DNA of 64,000 bases from Octopus bimaculoides. Lineage: Eukaryota. The stretch lies in contig NC_068984.1 in assembly GCF_001194135.2 (NCBI RefSeq), positions 21,238,965 to 21,302,964 on the forward strand, given 5' to 3'. This document shows, one piece after another, positions 55,560 through 64,000 of this stretch. The translations under genes were made by a program, and so were the position numbers. The notes beneath the pieces were generated by a model, which worked only from the letters and a program-made list of their open reading frames with translations, searched no databases and was not told the origin of the DNA. The first letter of the stretch is position 1; each line of letters begins with the position of its first letter.

Positions 55560-55826
55560 CATCATCCGTTCTGAACTGAATCTAAACTAGGTATTTATGA
55601 CAGAACATTTTGTTGAGAAACAACTAGTAACCGTTCCAATAAATTGCTTCACTCAACTCAAGGAATTTTGTACAAAGAGAATAGTCAGCTGACGTTCATC
55701 AACATATATTCCACTGCCTCTATTTCATCTGCCAACACCATCACTGCCAAACAACAACAACAACTGCAGCAGCAGCAGCAGCTGTTGCCAACACTGATAA
55801 ACAACCTGTAACACCAACAACCAGAT
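55560..55826 (-). other. Candidate exon with a strong acceptor at 55826; possible donor at 55560/55559 or polyA signal at 55531-55536
   Basis: cataac branch-like motif + ctttgttttttccag|ATCTGG; ATGATG|gtaaac; AATAAA on the minus strand (tttatt at 55531-55536). Confidence 0.35.
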
Positions 55827-55993
55827 CTGGAAAAAACAAAGGTTATGTGATGAACTTTATTAGGTTAGAGCTATTTCTGCTATAGGATGTGGTGGACTCT
55901 TAGTTGAGTACCTGGGCAACATCCTAAAAGTTCATCAGAGCCTTGAATATGAAATGCACTTTATTTTGGAAAATTACAGTTTCAGAACATACA

Positions 55994-56400
55994 GGCGCAG
56001 GAGTGGCTGTGTGGTAAGTGGCTTGCTTACCAACCACATGGTTCCGGGTTCAGTCCCACTGCGTGGCACCTTGGGCAAGTGTCTTCTACTATAGCCTCGG
56101 GCCGACCAAAGCCTTGTGAGTGGATTTGGTAGATGGAAACTGAAAGAAGCCTGTCGTATATATGTATATATATATGCATGTGTTTGTGTGTCTGTGTTTG
56201 TCCCCCCAACATCGCTTGACAACCGATGGTGGTGTGTTTACGTCCCCGTAACTTAGCGGTTCGGCAAAAGAGACCGATAGAATAAGTACTAGGCTTCCAA
56301 AGAATAAGTCCTGAGGTCAATTTGCTCGACTAAAGGCGGTGCTCCAGCATGGCCGCAGTCAAATGACTGAAACAAGTAAAAGAGTAAAAGAGAAAAGAGA
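55994..56400 (+). mobile_element. Full-length young copy of the CORE-like SINE family
   Basis: ggcgcaggagtggctgtgtggtaag...aaatgactgaaacaagtaaaagagtaaaagag, near-identical to 26082-26487. Confidence 0.85.
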
Positions 56401-56639
56401 GGTGTTAAGAGTGAGAAATTTAATGTTGATTCCTATGGAAAGGTCTCAACTAAGAGTTCACAACATCTTTTAACAGAAACAACTGTAAGCTAATGAAGTT
56501 AATTACATAACCTTTGATTTTACCAGTGTCATCTCTTTGTTTGTGTTACCACTCTGTACTCATCTAACATTGTTTTCTGGACCATACGTATATTGAGTTC
56601 TACACCAGGTTATTAGTCTTGCTATGCCTAAGCAAAATA

Positions 56640-56675
<36 letters not shown>

Positions 56676-56810
56676 TGGTATATGTACAGTTATGGTAGCA
56701 GAGTACAGTATAAAGCTTATCCACCCTCAGAATTATCCAATACTATCCGGTAGCATTATTATTTACTTCCAAGTTTACGTTTGGGCATTTGTCATGTGTA
56801 AATATAAAAC

Positions 56811-57359
56811 TGAAGAAATTGGAGTCAACAAGAAAGAGTACAGTTGGACAGTTAGTTTTTAGTCATTACAATTGCTTCCACACAACGTAGTTCTCCAAAA
56901 ATACAGGCATTTGATTATGCAACTATGTTTGCATAATGAGATCTAGTTGTGCTTCCTCATGTGATATTTAAATGTTGTCTCCGTTAGTTTAAAATCTTCG
57001 ACTTCAAGGCTTTCCCGTCCATCTGTCTTGGTTTGAATTTACTAGTAGCTGGTAGATGTTTGCTGCCAGAGTGCGTTGACAGACTGCTATAACCACTCAT
57101 AGCAAACAACATGAATCCACCAGCTACTACTTAATTCAAACCAAGACGGACAGATGGGATGACCTTGAAGTCGAAGATATTAAAGTAACAGAGACAACAC
57201 TTAAATATTACCCGAGGAAACAACTAGATCTCATTAAGCAAACAAACAGTTACATAACCAAGTAACTGTATTTTTGGAGAACTATATTGAGTGAAAACTA
57301 TTGTAGTGAATAAAAAATAACTGTCTAATCATATTCCTTCTTGTTGATTCCAATTTCTC

Positions 57360-57361
<2 letters not shown>
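56811..57361. repeat. Long imperfect inverted repeat (fold-back), arms ~255 bp, central loop ~20-35 nt
   Basis: The left arm (tgaagaaattggagtcaacaag...gatgtttgct) aligns with the reverse complement of the right arm (tggagaaattggaatcaacaag...gttgtttgct) along its length, ~80% by eye. Confidence 0.92.
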
Positions 57362-57400
<39 letters not shown>

Positions 57401-58626
57401 ATACAAATAATATGTGAGTATATGCATATATACGTACATGCCTACATCTACATGTGTATATAGATGCATATCTGGGTACAGGAAGTCACAAAAAAAATGT
57501 GGACAAAATGAAAAACAGAACATAAACAGAGTACAGAAAACAAACAGGCCACATAGAGAATATTTCCTTCATCAGCTGCCCCTATTCTAAACTAAGCGTT
57601 TCGAAGAGTTAGGGCATGTAGTGAAGGCATTTGACTTAGTGGTTAGGGTATTCGGCTCAAGAACATGAAGATGTGAGTTTGGTTCCTGGCAGCACATTGT
57701 GTCCTTGAGCAAGACACTTTATTTTACATTGTAACACTATTGGATGACACTGAATGTTGGCTGAAATTAAAGCCAAATTGTGAACAAACAAGCTCATATG
57801 TAAATAAAAGAGCAAAGTCTTTTGTTCTGTGAAATGTGTCATCAAAATCTTAAGTAATTTTTCCAGTCGTATGTGTTCTCAATTATAAATAGATGTTCTA
57901 AAAATACTTAGAAAAATCTATGTTGATGTGTACACACACACAAACTCCTCCACTGCCTATTCAGAAATAAAAATAAAAATACAAAAAAAAAATAAAAAAG
58001 TAAGAACTAAACGACAAAGTCAAAATTTTACCTAAATTGTAAAATTGATGAAAATAAATAAGATTGTTCCCTGCCCTACATTGTTTGAAGGTTTCAAAAT
58101 TCGAAAGTAACTCTAGATGAAATGCTAAATATAATATCCACTTTAAAAATCATCTTCTTGCTATTCTTTCCCACAAAACACACACACACACACAACCTCC
58201 TTCTTAGAAGTTATACATTGGATTGCTAAGAAAAGCCTCTTCCTCTTACCACACAAAGAAATTGATATCGCATAAATTTTCAGGATAACAACAACAACAA
58301 CAACACTAAAAGGCGACAACAATGATGACAATCATCATCATAATCACCACCATCATTATCAGTTTTGTCATTATTATTATCATCGTTAACATCATTATTA
58401 TTATTTTCGTTATTAAGATAATCAGAAATTGATAGCATGGAACATAACACAGAGGAAACTATTAAAATGAAGTTCCGTTATCAATAGAGAAAAAAAAAAG
58501 AAGAAAAAATGAAAAGAAAAATAAAAGCAATAATTAGATGACTTTGTGTCAAGAATTATTTCGTTGTGTAATTTACACTCAAGTAAATTTCATTAACGAG
58601 GTCATTTTTGCTAGAATACTAATTAC

Positions 58627-58666
58627 CAAGTTTAACATGATTTAAAAGGAAATTTAAGGAAGGCAT
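58627..58666 (-). other. Candidate 40-nt exon (MPSLNFLLNHVKL from its ATG, or NAFLKFPFKSC-stop if entered in phase 1)
   Basis: Pyrimidine tract ...ttactcatttcttcag|ATG and donor CTTG|gtaatt. Confidence 0.35.
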
Positions 58667-58708
58667 CTGAAGAAATGAGTAAAACAAAAATAAAGCAAAA
58701 ATAAAAGT

Positions 58709-58767
<59 letters not shown>

Positions 58768-61700
58768 TGTTTCCAATTTGATTGATTCCTTGATTCTTTA
58801 TAATAGAATTAGTTCCAGCTGCAACAAGTTTGTGATTCGTTGAAACAGAAGCCAACCAGCTGTTGTGAATTAATGATATCATTACTTCACAATGGAACTT
58901 TGTTGACTCGGTAACACTGACACTAACAGTTAACGAATTTGCAAGAGAAAATTAATTTTCAGAATCAGGTTTAAACGCATCAAATTCAGTGTAACACAGA
59001 ACGAGGCTCAAGTACACATTTTGATGCTTACCTCCAGATAAACCTTGACAGGTAAAGTGGCAAGGTGACAGAATTGTTAGCAGATTGGGCAAATTGCTTA
59101 GTGACATTTCTTCCAGCTCTTTATGTTCTGAGTTCAATCCCACAAAAGTCAGCCTTGCTTTTCATTCCTTCGGAGTGAATAAAATAAGACCAAGATCTCT
59201 GGTGCTTTGCTGTCTTCAAGAAGACCCGTACTCTGCAGTAGAAGTGTTAAGACTGGTCCCTCTAGGGTAAAGCACTTGTGGTGCCATATAAAAGCACACA
59301 TGCAGTGCCGTGTAAAAGCACCTGTGCAACACCACATAAAAGCATCCATGTGGTGCTATGTAAAGGCACCCAGCACATTCTGTAAAGTGGTTGGCATTAG
59401 GAAGGGCATCCAGCCATAGAAACCATGCCAAATCGGAGTGAAGTCTAGTGCAGCTCCCCGGCTTGCTGGCTCTGGTCAAACCGTCCAACCCATGCCAGCA
59501 TGGACAATGGAAGTTAAATGATGATAACAATGATGATGATAACAATGATGATGATAAGTTAAGTACTGGGATTGATGGAGCCTACTTGCCCACTCCTCTC
59601 AAAATTGCTGACCTTAAATCATGCAATGGACTGACATCCCATTCTAGGGGAACATTGTGCTCTCTGTTATTTATATGCCACAAAACCAGGTAAGTGGACT
59701 GATGAGCCATAAAACTTAAGAAAAATAAACCTGATCAAAGACATTCCAGCCCTGACCATCTCAACATTCTTCTTTTTGTTGTTTTCAGGTCTTGTACATG
59801 GACAACTACATTATCCAACATGTCCTGTTTTTGTCTAATCCATTAGCATTCAGATTATTTTGTCAAATGTAATGTTTATTTATTCACATTGTTTTGAATT
59901 AACCATGGCTTATCTCACAGTTTTGTGATTTCAATGATATGATTGTTTACTTTAAGAATGGCATTACAAATAGTCTGGATCTGGTTAGTTTGAACATAAA
60001 ACAAGTTGAAAAGTTTGGCCAGATATGGCCAGTTTAAATGCTAAAAAGTTAAGACAGTAAGTTGTGCAATTAGAAGTAGATTTGGTTGCTGTTTCTAGCA
60101 AGTCATGGAACCATACAAATGTTCTGTCATTGACCTATAGGGCTGAAGTATAATCAAAGTTGTAACATCTATTTTGTTTCAATAACAAACACTATGCTGT
60201 ATCACGTTTTGAAAACTGGAATTTTGGGGCAGGATTTTCCTCCACAGAATGTAACACACAATGACATCACAAATGTTATATTTTGTTCATTCAATATGCA
60301 TCATTTTATGGCTTTTTTCCATGTGAGCATGGGTTAAATGGATACATATTAATGAGGTATTGATTTTACAGCTGAATGCATTTCCTGTCATTAAACTATT
60401 TTTCAAGTATGTTTTTATTTCAGTCAACTTTGAAAGCATACAGCCACTGCTTGATTTGTTGACAGAAATGTCAACAAATATCAATATCTGTAGCTCAGCT
60501 CAAAGTAGAATGTACACATTCACACAGAATCCCTCTCTGTCTATCTCTCTCACACACGCACACCAAAGATAATTCAGATGTAATCTTCTTGTCTGTTTTT
60601 TCAGATACTATATTTAGGACAACATAATCCAGTGTGCCCTTCCTTACCTTAAGATAAGGTGCACAATGAGGGAGGTTTGTCTGCTATTTTTAGATGGTCG
60701 CACAACCACGTGCAGTCTTCCTTGGTTGCTTAATTTACCACTGAGTGGTGTGATTCTGAGGTGAAATGCTTACATAAAGACTGGAATGTGTCACTCTGTG
60801 ACACAATGTATCATAGTGTTTATAGTACTTTAGTTGACTGGTTCTTAACCTGGGTGATAACACCCCACCGGGGGACATTGTAAGCTGAAGTGGAGGCAAT
60901 AAATGTCAAAAGGATATTATGAAAGTTCTGAGTGTTTAGAAAGGTTCTGATTTTTATTAGAGATAAAATAATTAAACCAGATAATATACTTCATTTTAAA
61001 GACATTTCCAAAAAGGTCTTTGTTGAGATATGAATATGAGCTGGACATTGTGTTATCAGTGAGTAGAAACGTGACTGATGATCAATCATCATGATTATTT
61101 AACATCCACATGTTCATACTTGCATGAGTGAGATGGAATTTGTTGAAGTAAATTTTCTATGTCCAGATGCCTTTCCTGCCACCAACCCTCATCTATTTCC
61201 AAGAAAGGTAACATTTCCCATGGTCAGGCATGTTTTCCCATGAAAACTGGAAATGCACATCATCACTTGTATAATGGTCCTGTCAGGACAACAGTACACA
61301 AGCATACACACATTAAACACATACGATGACCTTCTTTCAATTTCCATCTATCAAATCCATTCATAATGGTTAGATTGGTCTGGAGCTGTTGCAGAAAACA
61401 TTTACCCAAGGCGTATATTTATTTTCACACCCACTTTTACAACCACTTTCAATGCTAGCATAGATTTGATAGATTTGATAGGTTGCCATGATTTTATTCA
61501 AACCTTATTTAGAGTTACCACTCTCAAAGACAGATTGAAGGATTATGTCTTGCTCAAAATAGTCCATTTTTTGGCATGGCTTCTATGCCAGGATGTCTTT
61601 GGCTCACACTTTTAAGGCTGTGAACCAAATACTATAGATACAAAGCTGTGCACCTTCTTGTGACCCACAAGACTAAAAATTATCACTTTCTTATTTTCAA

Positions 61701-62549
61701 TGCAATATGACCAAGAGGAAGGACAGAAGAGACAGTCAGAGAGGAGAGCAAGTGTGCAATATAGGAAGCAAATAGAGAGTGTATTGAATAGGAGAGAGTG
61801 AGATTAGTGAAAGAGAGGTGAGAGTACCAGAGAACATGATGAGAAAAACAATGCGATGGTACTGTGAATAGGAATGAGCCTGTCTTAGACAGTGATAGGA
61901 AAAATAGTGAGATGGCATGAAAGAACAGATGGGAGCTTAAGTGGTCACACAGCCTGCAAGAAATAACAGCCAAATGTGTCTTGAATTACACGCTATCATC
62001 TTAGAAAAGAGAGGCACATTGGATAGTGTAGTCTTGCATGCATTGTCCCTGAGAGAGAGAGAGAGAGAGAGAAGATAGTCATGGCTGGATTACATTTGAT
62101 CATTGGTCTGCTTGATCAGGGTTAAACTAGAGTTAAACAACATTTACTTCATTCTGTTTCCTTTCCCCGTAATCAACAATATGGTACCCACAAGAGCCTT
62201 AATTATACACCAGTGGTCTGGTGTCCTTGAGGACTTCTGTAAAAGCAACATCATAGCTCTTGACATCATTGAGGACTTTAGCTATGAGAATCTCTAAGCT
62301 AAATTACCAATCTAAAGCTTTTATTTATCTCTCAGATCAGAATAAGTTTAATGTTAGACTGCTCTATACTAATGATGAACTCTGACTAACCAATGTTGTA
62401 TCAACTTTAGTGTACCTTTTCTTTCCTAACAGTAATCACCTCAAGATTACTGCTCATAATCAGATACTCCTAAGCACAGATGTATGTGCTATTATTGTGC
62501 CTTGTTCAAGTTTAGTACAAAATAAAACTCAAATAATAAAATTACATAC

Positions 62550-62646
62550 TTGATAAAGTTATCCGCTCTCTACTACTTTCCACGCTTTCACCAACCAGCA
62601 GTGTAGTCTCTTCTTTCACATCTTCATTAGGTTCCTTTGGATTAGT
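62550..62646 (-). CDS. Orphan coding-like exon TNPKEPNEDVKEETTLLVGESVESSRERITLS; parent gene uncertain
   Basis: Acceptor tttgtttttgtatcttttctag|ACT, donor A|gtatgt, 97 nt, open in phase 0-1, charged peptide composition. No homology recognised. Confidence 0.6.
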
Positions 62647-64000
62647 CTAGAAAAGATACAAAAACAAAGTAAGAAAGAAAAGCCATCAGATAACAAAATC
62701 AATATGCTGAAAATCACTATTATTGATAGGCCTAAAAAGAAAAGAATAAATGCCAAGAATTTACAGTGACTTTATGGACCATATCATATTAGCATGGTAG
62801 TATATAGAAGGCAGTATGGCTGTCCAGTTAAAATGTTTCCTTTCCGACCACATACTTCCAGGTATGATAGTACAACATGGTACTTTGGGCAAATATCTTC
62901 TACTACAGCCCTGGAATGGACTAACCTTACCATTTCAGTGAAATTTAGCAGACAGAAGGTGCAAAAGTATGATGGATGGATAGCTAGATAATCGTCATCA
63001 TCGTATTACCATCTGTTTCTCCATGTTTCCAGGAGTCAAATGGAATTTGTTGAGGCAGATTTTCTATGACTGAATGCCCTTCCTGCTATCAACCTTCACC
63101 TGTTTCCGAGTAAGGTAATATTTTTTCCTCGAGACAGACATGTTTTCACTGAACACTGTAAATGAACAACATTACTTTTTTGACAACGACACACCTATTT
63201 ACAATCATAACAAAGTTAAACAGACAAACACAAACACCCATCTACTCACCCAGATATATATTTTTTATCTTTTACTTGTTTCAGTCATTTGAATGTGGCC
63301 ATGCTGTGGCACCACTTGAAGGATTTTAGCCAAACAAATCAACCCCAGGAGTCATTTTGTTTTTTAAAGCCTAGTACCTATCTTATTAGACTTTTTGCTG
63401 AGCTGCTAAGTTACAAGAATGTAGACACACCAACACTGTTTGACGAGTGGTAAAGAGGAATAGAGACACACACACACACCATCGTATCATCATCATCGTT
63501 TAACGTCCGCTTTCCATGCTAGTATGGGTTGGACGATTTGACTGAGGACTGGTGCAACCGGATGGCTACACCAGGCTCCAATCTAATATGGCAGAGTTTC
63601 TACAGCTGGATGCCCTTCCTAACGCCAACCACTCAGATACACACACAAGCTTCTTTCAGTTTCTGTCTACCAAATCCACTCACAAGGTTTTGGTTAGCCC
63701 AAGGCTATAGTATAAGATATCGACGACTGTATCGGTGCCACCTCTCTCTCCCGCGAACATCTTGANNNNNNNNNNCTGCTAAGTTACAAGAATGTAGACA
63801 CACCAACACTGTTTGACGAGTGGTAGAGAGGAATAGAGACACACACACACACCATCGTATCATCATCATCATCATCGTTTAACGTCCGCTTTCCATGCTA
63901 GTATGGGTTGGACGATTTGACTGAGGACTGGTGCAACCGGATGGCTACACCAGGCTCCAATCTAATATGGCAGAGTTTCTACAGCTGGATGCCCTTCCTA

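Larger units (their letters stand above)
55400..58960. promoter_or_regulatory. Second CpG-retaining zone with Inr-like TTAGT/TCAGT on the minus strand near 58916-58926
   Basis: Frequent CG in non-repeat sequence compared with the 30-55 kb and 59-62 kb regions. Judged by eye. Confidence 0.35.

Noticed and set aside
63403-64000. Apparent ~373-bp-period tandem duplication (63403 onward repeated from 63776)
   Set aside because: Near-identical copies sit either side of a 10-N gap and differ mainly in microsatellite length; most likely an unmerged contig overlap or haplotype artefact.

Overview
AT-rich, microsatellite-dense animal genomic DNA. The SINE, RTE and MITE families look like those of Octopus (inference; species not determined). 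The only securely supported gene is a minus-strand FRMD8/iTAP (FERM-domain) ortholog. I reconstructed eight phase-consistent GT-AG coding exons (15356 down to 222, 1058 nt); the C-terminal exon(s) lie left of position 1. Most ORF-track entries are repeat or microsatellite noise, and the track captures the gene only in fragments. The rest is mostly repeats: tRNA-derived SINEs, RTE and CR1-like LINE remnants, hAT and piggyBac-like MITEs, plus four N-gaps. Best leads: (i) an orphan coding-like exon at 62550-62646 and candidate exons at 58627-58666 and 55826, all phase-compatible with FRMD8. They give either a long 5' region with alternative first exons or the 3' end of a neighbouring gene with a switchable hydrophobic tail. 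(ii) Two CpG-retaining zones (~26.6-30 kb, ~55.4-59 kb) that look like promoters. (iii) A ~550-bp fold-back palindrome at 56811-57361 and a ~157-bp intronic hairpin at 7356-7512. Nothing here establishes a new biological system; these are hypotheses. Identities are estimated by eye and no searches were run.
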